A stretch of DNA of 56,742 nt, the filler included, from Platydemus manokwari (taxonomy: Eukaryota), in the NCBI GenBank assembly GCA_037951405.1. It is 5 parts of 5 records of this genome, joined end to end, with 100 filler letters (N's around TTAATTAATTAA, not from the genome) between each part and the next. Parts side by side here need not be neighbours in the genome. Positions count along the whole stretch, not along the records: positions 34,996 to 46,333 come from JBBMOY010751092.1; positions 46,434 to 56,742 come from JBBMOY011146549.1; 3 more parts are not named here. One strand, 5' to 3'. Below the pieces are notes generated by a model. The model was given only the letters and a program-made list of their open reading frames with translations. It was not told the origin of the DNA and did no database searches. The position numbers and the translations under genes were made by a program. Below are positions 38,401-52,157 of this stretch, piece after piece. The number at the start of each line of letters is the position of its first letter. Position 1 is the stretch's first letter.

Positions 38401-39150
38401 TGTTTATGTTTATAGGTACTACTAATATATATATATATAATACCTTTACCAGTATTATATTTTAATTAATCCTCATGCATACAATACCCGGGTTGTATTA
38501 ATTGTTCTGGGTTTAATAATAAATTTCCTTCTTAGTTAATTATTTACTAATTATTTATTTGACTTAACTTTACCAACAAAAAATTTCTAATAATAATTTA
38601 AAATTCTTTATTCAATTTTTATTCTTATTTAATATTTATTTTAAAATTATTTTTCTTCTGTAGCTTTATTTTAAGCAATATCAGTTTATTTTCGATTTTA
38701 TATTTTTACATTGTAGGCTCTTCACAAAAGCAAAAAATTAAATTGAAAATACCACAATTAATATTGATCACAAATAAAATATTTCATTCAAATTTTTCTG
38801 TATTTACTCTATTCTTCAAACTTTAATTTCATTCGCCCCAACTTGTTGGGACAATACTGATGATATGAATAAAAAATTTCTTTATAAAATAATTACTGTT
38901 CAGGTTACTACATTCGGTACCTTGATGTTTATTATCATTTAATTTTGATTGAATATGTTTGGATAGATTTCAAGGATAACGAAAATTGTGTACAAAATTA
39001 CTTTTACCAATAAGAATATTTTGATACAAGGATTTGATCAAATTAACTTACACATAATATATTTTAAAATATAATATAATTTATAAAGACAATATTTATG
39101 ATTAGTTAATACTATTAACCTTATTTAGATAAAAAAAATAGATTTGTTTT

Positions 39151-39250
39151 AATATTGAAAGAAACGTGACTGATTTTTAAATAAATAATTATTGATGTAA
39201 ACAACTGATTTTAGTTTCTGGCAACCACGCCGAAATAAATGTTCTGACAA
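39151..39250 (+). repeat. Dispersed repeat fragment (copy 2 of 7081-7185)
   Basis: TTTCTGGCAACCACGCCGAAATAAATG and collinear flanks match 7081-7185. Confidence 0.6.
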
Positions 39251-41066
39251 GATAGATTTTACGAAATGATTTTCATCCAAAATTACATTATATAACACAT
39301 AACTGTAATTAAAAATATAAATATTAAGCATAATATAATTTTTAACGACAATATCTATGGCTATGTAATATCATTTACCTTTATTGTTAAATTTCATACA
39401 GCTAAAATATGAAATAAGTCATTATAACCGTTACTCTTTAAATAATGGAATTCGATTTTTAAGTTACCACTGATCCCCGTTTAGGAAGTTCATTAGGCGC
39501 CTGAGCTACACTTCATTTACATTAAATGTTTTCAATATTGAATCTAAAATATATTTTAGTTATATGTTGACCATTCAAAACAATTGGGTTAAACAATTAA
39601 ATAAACAATATCTATTGTTTTGTGAATGCAATGCCATTTATATTGGATTGTTTGAAATCAGTTAGTTTATTTTTAATATCAAGTTATCTTCTAAAGGCAA
39701 ATTGTAGATAATATTTAAAGGGTGTGTTGAAATAGGCATAATGTCATGGAGTACGAAATAATAAAATAATTTCTTTACATTCATTCTCTTTAATCTTACT
39801 CGATATTCTTCTTTCAGTTCACTCACTTGATGAAATTAATCTTCTTTTTGTATTTTATTTAATTTGTAATTTCACATTTTTCGCATTTTGTATTTCTTCA
39901 TCATTTTATTATTATCTTCTGATGATTTCAATTGGTATAAATGTTTTATCAATTCCATGTCTAGTTGCTTCACAAGCACTTCATTTATTTTCTTACTACT
40001 TAATTCAATATAAGAACTTTCTTCAATGTTCTAATTTACTATTTAGTATTAGTTTTTGGAAGTATCACGTGTTTGTAATATGTGTTTAGATTTTTTCGCG
40101 CTTACTTTGATAATGTGGAATTGTAGAATACCATCGAGGATTTTCTGAATTGAAGTTTTTAATAATATATGTATAGATTCGTCATCCTGCACCAGACAGA
40201 TCACCTTTCACATTGAATTGGGTTTATATAAAAATATACATAAAATCAATACATATGTTCACATTCAATCACAACTGTAAAAATGTCAATAACTGGAATT
40301 GCTTTAATAAAATATAAAAATTTGCAAAGTAAAATAATTATTGAAGCGCACATGAGATCCTTTTATATACACTATTTGGTTTCTTAAGTTACAAAATCAA
40401 TATAAAATATATGGAAAAAGTTTATTTTTAAATCTTCTTAATCTCATTTTGAATTATTATACATTTACAATTGTTTTATTTCTTGTAAAATTTATAAATA
40501 TTTAAAATAATCACATAACTTAATTATTGAATTCTGCACGTTAATCAATTTAAAATTATTGATTATTTCATGTGTATTGGTTTATAAAAGATCTTTCATA
40601 TGCAGAATTGTAATATTTTTTTATTGATATGACAAATTATATTAAAAACGGTTAAAAAATTAATAAAACATAAAAAAATGTAAAATATCGATTATCTTAC
40701 ATAACATTAAAAAGAACCAAATTAACTGTAAATAAATGGAGATTTAGCGGCCGCGAATTGAAAAATTCATGCCATGCATTCCTTACTCATCAATTTATTT
40801 ATTTCATTTTATTTATTCCAACTTTAAGGGTGAATGCTGATTGCATACATGATGGATTTTGTTAAGTGATTACGGGATTCTTAAATATTATTATCACTAG
40901 CTCATTATAATGTCAAGAACAAATAATATGAGCATAATAAACCGTGTTTATTGAACATAAGCAAGATGAAATAAGAATTAGCAAGAAAAGAATGTTTGGG
41001 ATATAAAATATAAATAAAATGAAAAATGTTTAACATTGAAACATCATATCGTTCATTGAAAATGGT

Positions 41067-41810
41067 TTATACTTTTACACCATGATATCCTTGCCAGTTT
41101 TTATTTGATTGCTTCCAGTTTGCAGGCAGAGTACTGCTCGTGTACATTACTGACGCACATTGGGTGCTACCCTGGTCATAGAAGAATGATTTGCAATAAT
41201 ATTCTCCAAGACATCTACAAATAAAATTCAATCAATAAGTGAAATTATCAAATATCTCACAGTGATCCACAATGTAGCTTGCTTTTTGAAATCAAACTTT
41301 TATAACAACCAGCTTGACTATCGTCGTTGTTGTAGATATTTAAGTCATCTCTTTTGAAATATTTTGATAGAAACTCAACGGCGTTTTCTCTGACGCAAAC
41401 CACGGATCTTTTAACAAAACACGAAATATCCCATAAACCTTTTGAAGTATATGACAAGCAGTCTTCTCCGAGACCATGATTAGTTGGTTCAATACTATCC
41501 CATAATTTTGTGTTTTCCATCAATAATCCATCAATATTCAACCATTCAGTTTTATTCATTAGTCTTTCGTTTAATAGGTCGGTGACACCTACATAAAAAT
41601 CATCTTTTAATGGAATACAATTCCATAATGATAGAATTTTTGTATCTAAAGCTAATCTGTCTCCGAAAGATTCACACATTTTACATGATTCACAAAATCA
41701 TTCCTAATATCCATTGATTGATGAAAGCAAATCGATTCACATTGTTGAAAATTGATGGGACATGTGGAGAGAGTTGAATACACATAAAAGAGAGCAAAAA
41801 TAAATAGCAT
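41067..41810 (-). CDS. Secreted C-type lectin domain + PAN/apple-like domain protein; 2 exons, one apparent 1-nt frameshift (pseudogene or assembly error)
   Basis: Exon 1 41810-41261: signal peptide MLFIFALFYVYSTLS, then TCPINFQQCESICF, frameshift at about 41694-41697, FCESCKMCESFGDRLA...FYVGVTD...WDSIEPTNHGLGEDCL...LWDISCFVKRSVVC. 46-nt GT-AG intron 41260-41215. Exon 2 41214-41067 completes HCGSLCLGEYYCKSFFYDQGSTQC (PAN-like) and ends GYHGVKV*. Confidence 0.8.
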
Positions 41811-41999
41811 GACGAAAATGACAAAATATTCTGTGTATGAAATATGGACAATTCAAAATCTAATACCAAATGTTAGCAAATAGAAATATCGTAATATTGT
41901 TATACAGAGAATTTAATAATGGTAAAATATTATTGGATTATTTTATGAAAATTATTTATGTCGATATCAGTAATCATATGCATACTTACACGTATGCTT

Positions 42000-43400
42000 A
42001 AAAATTTTTAGGTTATCATCAAGAAAATGGTCGCAGCATGTTAACTATATTATTGGTACGGTTGGAAAAATATTTATTCTCAGCAGTATCTACTAAACTC
42101 CTAATTCATAGAAAATATCAAGAAAATATCAATTACAGTGTATGGTATCGGTACAAAATCTATGTTCTACGCTACAATTATCATACTTCAGAGCGGGCTA
42201 GAATTGTTGGAGCTCATGCTATGATTAACAATGTTAATAAACATGTCAAACCGGTGAACGGAAGGATAGGTATACACCGTGTTTAAGGATAACAAACTCA
42301 GAATCAACTCAATCATCTTCAATCAAAAGAAAATTTCTGAAATAATACACTTTAATCTAGAAATATATGGTAATAATGCCACTGTATTATGAATTATAGG
42401 AACAATACTTTAGCACTTACACATGTGCAATCAAACTACCACTGCTGCAGTAATAATGGTTGAGGTTATACCTTGTGATTATTAAATAGAATAAAATATT
42501 GCGGGTTATTAAAGTACAAATTAGATAATTCAAATTTAGGAAATCTCGAAAATAGGTTGGAGTTCTAAAATTCTAGTATTTAATTCATAAAATACTGCGG
42601 ACGACTACATCTAAATTACACCGAGAAATGAATAAAATAATTAAGAAGACTACTAAATAAATACCCAGAAGCTTTTGCCATAAACGAATTAGATCTAGGG
42701 CAATATAATGTGCTGATACTCTAAATAGAACTTACCAATACATAATAGGTATGCTAAAGCGCTTGCCGAATCCCTATGGATTTAGAAGAAGTTGAATATC
42801 AAGTTAAGTATGCTTAGATCAAAGTTAAATAAGACTTAATACGTATGCTTGTGATGATAAAAATGAAAAAGCACCAATGATACTCTGCAGTTATTATCTA
42901 AAAGTCGATTAACAGGCAAAATTTAATTTTATAAATTGAGGAAATCGCAGATATTCTCAACTCTTGATTAAGAAATTAGTTTCAACAATATCCAAATATA
43001 CAATGAATCCATTCGATATTAATATCCAGTAATGAAAAGTAACTGATAAATTGAACCATATTGGCTTTTGAATTGTAATGTCCCCCATCAATGTATCGTG
43101 AATAACATCTTTATTGGACTAACACATGTTATAGGAATATTGAAAATTAAGCAGTCCTGTTGAAATATGGAATATCAGAAAAAGGCGAAGAGCAAATATT
43201 GACAAAAACAGGTTAAAGAATATAAAAATCGTTAAAATCATCCAAGTAAATTGGTGATAAAATTAGGAATTATAGTGGTAAATGCAAGAATAAATATCTT
43301 CGAGGTTAATACGGACATAGAAAGCAATGTACATAAAAGAGCGACTCTGACATCATGATAACTACAGTCAAAATTACCATCAAATGGTAAAGTTGGAAAT
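42000..43400 (+). mobile_element. Very degenerate LTR retrotransposon remnants (protease/RT region)
   Basis: Fragments such as KYPEAFAINELDLGQYN and an LEEVEYQV-like RT N-terminal segment, with numerous stops. Confidence 0.4.
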
Positions 43401-46260
43401 GGAAAATTTTCATATATAGCATTTTGCATAATATTAAATATAGATATACCTTTATATAGTTTTTTTTAGTTTTTTAGATTCGTTTTGTTTAGACAACTGT
43501 TTTATTTTATTGGTGCATAAATTGCCTTTAATGAACTCCATATCTACATTCTTAGCTTATTTTTCTCAATTTATTGCAGTTGTTATTCCTCTGGCAATTC
43601 CTGCTAATATATCCAAACCAGATAAAATATCTGATAATACCGTTAATTAAGAACCTCATGGTTTTGTTTTTTCTAATCATATATTATAAATGCCCCATAC
43701 CTTGATTTATATTATATTTATTCCTCAACATTATTAAGTGATTTTCGTTTTTTGTTTAATAATTATAAATATTGAACTGATCTCGAATATTATAAATTTC
43801 GCAACACCTTGAATTAATATTACAACATCATTGTTATCGCATATATAACAATATTCTTTATTTTTTAAATAAGGATATTTTTAATTTCTATATTTACATT
43901 TCGTCCTCATGTTATCAATGTCTTGTCTTGAGTATTAAAATCAAAACAAAATATTGAGTAGAACGTTTAGAAGTCTAATATATTCATCTGTGATTTGTTT
44001 TTAAATTTATTTCATAAATTTAATTATTCTAAATAGAGTTCTATTTGGTTATTATTTGTTATATCGAATTGCTTTTTATTTATTGGATATCCGAATTTAT
44101 TTATTTTCACTATTTTAAATTATCTGAATGGATTTTGAATTATTTTCTGTATATTAAATTTAATCTTTGAATCTTAATAGCATATATTTCCCTTTATATT
44201 TTTAATAAAGCTACTTGCCAGGTATAAACTGATTATCTTGAAAAAAAACAAAATTTGAATATCTATTTAAATAATTCACTTGAACTGACTTATCAGTATT
44301 TAATTATTCTAATAAATGTAATTTATTCTCTGAACCAATTCTTTATTAATGAATTTTAACGATTTACTAGTTAATTCCCCTTTACTTTTTGTAATATAAA
44401 TTATTATGTTATAGTATATATTTCTATTTAAAGTTAAGCTTTCTAAAAAATTCTAAAGTTTATGTATGTTGAATAAACTCATTTATTAATCTTAACTGCG
44501 ATAGATATTTAGTTGGAAAATTTTGATATCTTATTTAATATGTAATTTTTACTGTACATTTTGTGCACATATTAGTTAATATAACTTATTTCTCGCTTTT
44601 CTTCTTTATCATTGTTAATACTTTATTATTAATTACTTATTTTTATCATTTATTAAATCTGATATATTTAATAATTCAATTGACATGGTAAATCGTTTTA
44701 TTCCTTTTCATCTTATTACAAAGAACAAAAAGATTTAGCAAATAAAATAAAAACAATCATAAACAGATAAAATGTTTTAATGTTCGTAAATATAATTATG
44801 CAATACATCAGTTAATAATGGCATAAAAACACAAATCCAAATTTAGTTAATTACAATTACTTTTTAAAAATTTGGATTTGAATCTGTGATTTACGAATAA
44901 TTATGAATTTTAAAACAACAACAGCGCAAATGATAATTTTTAGCGACTCAACTGGTACTTTGGTAAAGTTATTTAACTGCAATAATATTTAAAATACAAA
45001 TACAAGTGGGAAGTCTATGATATATTGTGGATATAAATAGAATAATTAAATATGAGGAATGATTTCTTCGAATAATTCGATCACCTGTTAATTTATCGTT
45101 ATTATATCAAAAGAAATAACTTTATTTTATTAAATATTATCCAAAAATATTTTATTATTATCAGTTTTTTTGTTTACTAAAATATTTCGATATTTCTGTT
45201 TGCTATCATTTGCTATTTGTCTAGGGGTCGCTCATATTGTTCTCTTTTACTATCATTCAACTCAATTCACATGTTCGATCAATGTTCAACAATGTGAACC
45301 AATCTGCTTACATCAATCAAAAGGTACTAAAAAATAATTATGTGAATTTTTTGAAAAGCGTTATTTTCTTCTAAGGAGATTACCATTTGAAACGGAAACC
45401 CTATCACTATAGAATTATATGCCTTTAAAAAATATGTCGGAATAATCCTATATTATTATTACATATTAGTATCTATGTTAGTTAATGTTTTATAGGAATT
45501 TTAAATTTTGTTCTTAATTAGGATTTTAATTTCTAGAGATCTGTTAGAGATGGTTTTACATTTAAGATATTCTTCCTCGCATTTATTATATTAAATATAA
45601 ATTGTGGTTAATGATTAGAAATTTTAGATCTTGGAATTTCTTTGTCACAAAATTATTTACTAAGCCTAATATTTATTAGTTTATTATTCATGTATTTATT
45701 CTGAGAAAAACCTTATTTTGAACACCTATAGTAATAAATTGTTAAAATATGTGCTTATAATAACAAGAAATAACCTGATTATAGTTTTTGTTTTATTGGT
45801 ACTAGAACGAAAATTGTTTTAAAGAGACAAAATATCCAAATGCGTTTTTCTTTATGATAATTTTCAAATTAAATTATTTTTGAAAATCTTTATTAAATTA
45901 CTCTAGCTAAATTTAAAAACATTTTTTATACATACAGGCTTGATATGATATAGAAATTCAGCTGTATTCATCATTAAGTGTCATATTGTTCCAACAATTG
46001 TATTCCCTATTTTATGGTGATTTTCATTCAAAATATTCGTTTTATTAAAGTTCTGAAATCGGTGATTTGATGAGCTGAATACATGTCAATAACACAATTA
46101 TAAGAGTTTGCAATGAGTGTCTTTTGATAAATCAAATTGTTATTGATATCACTAAGTCTCCAGCAGTGAATGTATGACAAGAACATCATTATTTATGAGC
46201 CACACATTGAAGTTCTTTGGTACATCATCAATTTCTGACGATAACCCATCACATGGTGGC

Positions 46261-46333
<73 letters not shown>
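46261..46333 (+). repeat. (AAT)24+ microsatellite at contig end
   Basis: Perfect tract running into the spacer. Confidence 0.97.
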
Positions 46334-46433
46334 NNNNNNNNNNNNNNNNNNNNNNNNNNNNNNNNNNNNNNNNNNNNTTAATTAATTAANNNNNNNNNNN
46401 NNNNNNNNNNNNNNNNNNNNNNNNNNNNNNNNN
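46334..46433. other. Artificial assembly spacer N44-TTAATTAATTAA-N44
   Basis: Same 100-nt spacer. Confidence 0.97.
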
Positions 46434-47490
46434 AGTAATGGTGGTAGTAGTCGAATTTTTGAATGTATACAATTTTAATTAACTTGTTCATCGTCAAACA
46501 TGTACCATCGAAAGATATTTTTGATATCATTACTAATATGATTTATTATACTGTTAATCCTAAACAATTTCTGTAAATTTGTTTCAAATTCTACAGATGG
46601 ATAAATTAATTTTCATTTCGTTTCATGAATTTTATTTGGTAGAATCAATGTCAAGAACATCTAATTAACATTCCGGGAGTGAATAGTATCAGTAATGTAT
46701 ACAAGATACAATTTCTGGATTACCGTTTTTATTTCAGAAAAAGATAAATGAAATACTGATAAATGTGAAATAAAGATTTCATCAATCATTTTCAATATAA
46801 AAGCGAGAAATGCATACAAAATTACAGAGCAATATATCGAATTTTTAAAAAAAAATTTTCGAATTTATAATTGATGAAAAATTAGCTTAATGTAAAGGAG
46901 AAAGAATTTTTTGTAATTTATCTAATGATTTTGTTGTCTAAACAAGTTGTCTTGACTTTCAATGTCAGACTTATTTATTTTAAGCCATTGTTAGAGTTTT
47001 ATTCGACATTAAAACCGTTGATATAATATTTCAATGGTGGTTTTGTGAATATCTAATGTTCATATATTGTTTTGTCAAATGTCCAATGGTTATTAAATGA
47101 TTGTGGATTATAGATTCCAGACAATATATAATAAGCTTCACTTGTTTATAAAGCTACGCTAATCAAACTGAAGAGTTTAAATCTAAATGATACGAGGCTT
47201 ATATCTAATAAATCTATTATGATTATTGATCATTACACGTTCTTCCGATCAGGCCGGTGGTACAACCAGCCAAGTATTATTTCATTTACAAGTATGATAA
47301 TTATGGTAAATTGAGGTTAGATTTTTAAGTTTAATCTGATGAGAATTTATAAATTTTAAAACTTATATCTGAATTTTTAATAATTTGCCGAAGAAAACAC
47401 ATTTTCGAATGAGGTATATGAATAAGTTTTTCGTAAAGTAGAATTATAAATAATTTTACATATAATTGTGTATATAATCTCAAAACAAAC

Positions 47491-50400
47491 CTCAACATAT
47501 GTGCCGATCTTCTTATCCGAGAGAAATTGTCCAGATATTATTTTCACCTCACACGTAGCAGCAATGACTCCATCCATGGGTGATTCGGAAAATGGATCAA
47601 ATGCTCTTTCTGATCGACGCATAAATTCTGGCTTCAGCATATAACTGGAATAAAAAATTGTTCCGAATCATTTGAAAATAACAAAATTGATTAACGTGTT
47701 TTGTATTGTAAACAATGTCTTTTATTAATTATAAACAGTTTCTTGAACTGTTTTGTTGTTCATGTTTTGATTATCTGAATCCGCATATAATCTCCAAGCA
47801 AATACATGTGTACGTCGTCTATGTGCTTGGTTCTTTTTGTTGACCTGATTTTTATGCGCAATTGAAGAAAAGCATTTTTCAAAATGCATAATATTGTTTA
47901 ATTTTATGATTTAAATTTATAACATTGATTTTATTTGATTTTAAAATTAATATGTATTATTGCTGTTATTTTTTAGAAAATATGGCTTGAATTTGATGAA
48001 AGAAGTTCAGAAATTTGTACTTTTGGTGACTATGACCAAGATGATATTGTTTCAATACCATTGAATTTATTGTTAAATTTACATCACTGACACTTGTAGA
48101 CATAATATTTATTTAAAAACCTGAACTAATCCGCCAATCAATTATTTAAACAAATACAACGTGTTTGTTTATTTAACCACGTTACTGTTAACAAATGAAA
48201 GCCCGTTAACAAGTCTTTCATTGTTCGTGATAATCCAGTTTAATCAGTGAAATTAAGATAGTTATCACAATTCTTACCCTAACGCTAATAGTTCTTTACA
48301 CACATGTCTAATATAAAATTTATCATATCAACTTAAAAAAAGTGCCTTTTCATGTTATTAAATAAATAAATTTATCAGTATGTTTTGCTCAACAGATTTA
48401 TTATATATAATGCGAATCTATATAGTAGATACATTTAAACAAGCACGTACAAGAATTACTATTCTGTTTAAAAGAATAGCCAATTATAATAGAAAATTGT
48501 TAGCTTTCTCTTGTATGTTATTCATTATATAGTATCATGAAGTAGATGAAAAGCTAAGAAACGGGCTTGAATAGATTAAAGAATTGTCGGTTTCAAAAAG
48601 TTCTTATTTTTATTTGGAGATATAATTTCAAGATATTTATTTTAAATACGCGCTATTATGATACTAATGGATTACAGAAGTAGTTATCCATCATTGAATA
48701 AGAATTGTTTTGTACATAAAGTCAATGTAAAGACAAAGTGATATACTACTGTAAATTTACATGACTTCTATATTTGAATTCTATCCATATGTTTCCTCAT
48801 TTTTCTAACATCTATGGTATCTATAGAGTCATTAGTAAATTGGTGATAGATTTGTCAATATACGTTTATGATTGAGAATTTTATAGCCAATGTCTTGATT
48901 TCTTTTCCTTCTGTCGCTTTATTAATTCGAAGCTTTCTAATACTAAATCAAATTTCGCACCTTCCATTTGTGATATCCATATCTATATTGTTTAGACATT
49001 TATCATGAATATTAGTGTGAATTGAATCATCTCTTAATATTTTACTTGGGAGTTTTCTCATACTTTCTGCCCCGTTACTGTCCTGAGCATTTCTACTCCA
49101 TAAAGTTACTTTAATTTCTCATAATATTGAATCTAATACTCCTGAATATATTAAGGCTATCATCTTTTACTATCATCTTTTGTCAAATAATTTGGTAACC
49201 TTGGTAATCCGAATTTATCTCATTCATTATGGGAAATGAGTCCTGTATACCGATTATTAGATACTACATATACTACCGGAATCTCATATTATTCTCGCCA
49301 TTTGAATAATTCTTCATTGGGACACAGTGAATCCTGCTTCTTTTGTCCCATAAGTGTTGTTAAATTACACTCGATTACCTGACTTATTAAATTTAGTCTG
49401 CTGTATAATCCTGTTTTCATTCTACTACTAGAAGGACTGGGTTCTTTTCAAGATTCTCGAATTGTTATTTTCTGTTCTATTCATTACATATGACTGGTTA
49501 CATTCTCGTTATGTTCTTAATATGATTGTCACCTTATTGAACTATTAATTATGTGAGAAATCTCCCATAATTTTGATATTCGCAATAGTGCCATCAATGT
49601 ATGATTTTTAAGATTGAGGAACATTTATTTAACTTTAGTCGACAGTAATTGATCAGTGTATTGCTTCGTTTTATTAACACTTATTATGTTTCATCAGAAC
49701 TTATTTCTCAATATAAAAGTACAATTTGTAAAAATATTCTGATAATGTGTTGGATTTTTATAATTATAATGATTTTTAATTTGAATGACTTCACTGATTG
49801 GTGTAAAGTTATGATATTTAAAATTATAATGAATATTAATAAATAAGCCAATAGAGCAATAAAATATGATTGATTAATACAGACAAAAAGTAATTTAAAA
49901 TTCTACTAAGATGGATTCTGGTGTGGCTGGGACAATATTTATGTTGAGTGTAAAATCTCTTTTTAGTTTTTCTCAAAATTCTTAATGAAGGTGGTTAGGT
50001 CTACCGTCTTCGTAGCCATTGGTTGTCGCTAATTTTGGAAAATATTTAAGATGAATTAATTAAATTAATGACTTTATTTGTTATCTTATCATTTGTTTTC
50101 TTTCTATTTTCTTGCTTAAAGTATTTCCTTTTCTAGTAAATCATCTATCTGTTGGTTGATTATTTTCTTATCTGGGTCTTTGGGTTTTGCTAGAATATTG
50201 ATTTTTATTAACTCGTAATTGCTCAGCATTCTTCTAAATGTGCTCTTCAAATAATTTCCAAATAAATATAAATGTAAACATGAGATGTTAATGTTAACGT
50301 AAAATCCTTTTGATTCTTCTGCAATATTTTAGACCTAATATAATTTTCTTTTCTTTGTTTTCTGTATTGTTATTCTATTTTTTGGAATTATCCACATTTA

Positions 50401-52157
50401 TGTCGTAAATTCTTTTTAAGGATTATGTAAATTGTTATCGCTAAAGAGAGGTTTAGTAAACCCTCTTAATAGACCCTCGATTTACTATATATTTCATTAT
50501 TTGACAAAGGTAAGCCATTTTATTTCTGAGATGAAGAACGGTTCGTATGTATGTTAATTATATCTTTTTAACTTGTTTAATATCTTTTTAACAATGTTTA
50601 GATTACTCTTACTAATGTTGTAAGGGTTTCTTCTATCGTTTAACCAGTGCCAAATTGTTCGACTTCCTTCTTCATTAACAAAATGTATGCTTTAATTACA
50701 ACTTATTTTTGTGAAAGTGGTCTTCTCATTTATTTTAGTTTTCTTTTCTGAAAGCCATTATCCTAGGCTTTAGCTTGCAATTCTAAAAGAATGATCATGA
50801 ATTGATTAATAATCAAATATCTCGTTTAATTGCCGCATCCAAAACTTTTGATGTACGATAACTTTATTGTCTATACCGAACTTTACCAGTGGTGCTTGCA
50901 ACTTGACTATCATAACAATCTGATTATCTACATTTATAGCCACCCATGTTAAGTTGGTAGACACTATACTGCACATGGTTTCGGAATAAGACGTACATTC
51001 TTTGATCATTTTGTAATATTCTCTCATGAAATTCGAAAGCTCTAATTAATCTCCTACCCTTTACCCAAATATCATCAGTTCTATAAAATTGTTATTAAAT
51101 CTTTTATGGTAATCTGCTGTTATTTCGTTTTCATTGAATTCTTTAGATGTTCGCTTTTGATATTTTACTCGTGTTATTTAGCTTATGATAACTCGTTTAT
51201 TCAAATACTCGATTATTAATACACATTATCTCCATTTTACTCGCTTCTATTGGAAAGATTTTTTACGAATTCTTATTAAACCTCTCCACGAGAAACTAAA
51301 TCCTATATGATTCTATTTTTAATATGCTTATTCTTTTGAAAGTAGGCTTCTCTTTACTTTCTAAACATTTGTGTGCACTTTTCCGACAAAATAAAGATAA
51401 TAAATAAAAGACAACCATTTTCTTATCATTCATCTAAGTTTATGTCCATCAACGGTCCTCTATTACGACTGATTCACAAATTTTTATAAAAAAGTATTTT
51501 ATAAAATATGAAAATGCCGACAAATAAAATAAATATTTATAATAATCATTCCATACATGGAAATTAAGTTGATCATTATTCATGCTTTAAAATTATTGGA
51601 AAAAAAGTAATGTTTAAGATTTATTTACAGTTATTAGGACACTGTTATTATGAAAATACAGGATTTGTAAAATAACTCGAACAATTGATAATAAAAATTT
51701 AATTTGTGAGCTCCTAAAAATTACTTTAAATAATTTATAAGTCGAACCATTTTTATTAGAAAATATCAAACTTCAAAATTAAAATTATCTTAAAACTGTT
51801 AAATCATGAATTAGTTTTCAATACAAAATTCTTTACCAAATAGCAGTAGCTATAATTAGTATTAAAAATATAACTCGACTATATTGTAAGTATTTCAAAT
51901 TCATTTGTCAGCCCTGATCATTTATTGTCACATATTATCAAATAATTCTTACAACCAATCCAATATGACAAAACATTTATCCAAACGAACATTTATTGTT
52001 GATATTATTTTTTTCTTTAATTAGATAAGAAAAAAATGAAAAATTTGAATTACCCGGAATTATTGTTATATTCAAATCGACCTTGGTTTAATTGCATAGC
52101 TAAATCCGAAGTTTGAAAATTTAAAGCCACCATTTGGCATCCAGCATTCCAAAATAT
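47491..52157 (-). CDS. PLCB4: Phospholipase C beta (PLC-beta4/NorpA-like), two internal exons: end of Y domain and start of C2 domain
   Basis: Exon 52157-52054 [34 protein letters not shown](G) and exon 47644-47491 [51 protein letters not shown], joined by a phase-2 GT-AG intron. Closely matches PLCB4 [86 protein letters not shown] (recalled, not aligned by tool). Confidence 0.92.
48800..51100 (-). mobile_element. Degenerate retrotransposon remnants inside the PLC-beta intron
   Basis: Broken RT-like (QDSFPI) and integrase-like ([17 protein letters not shown]) fragments; no intact ORF. Confidence 0.35.

Noticed and set aside
40310-40645. Imperfect inverted repeat suggesting a MITE
   Set aside because: Similarity is weak and AT-rich, with no clear termini or target-site duplication.
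3348-52157. Apparent synaptic or phototransduction gene cluster (DLG scaffold, Slo channel, liprin-beta, PLC-beta4)
   Set aside because: Each gene lies on a different contig separated by artificial spacers, and three are truncated at contig edges. There is no evidence of physical linkage.
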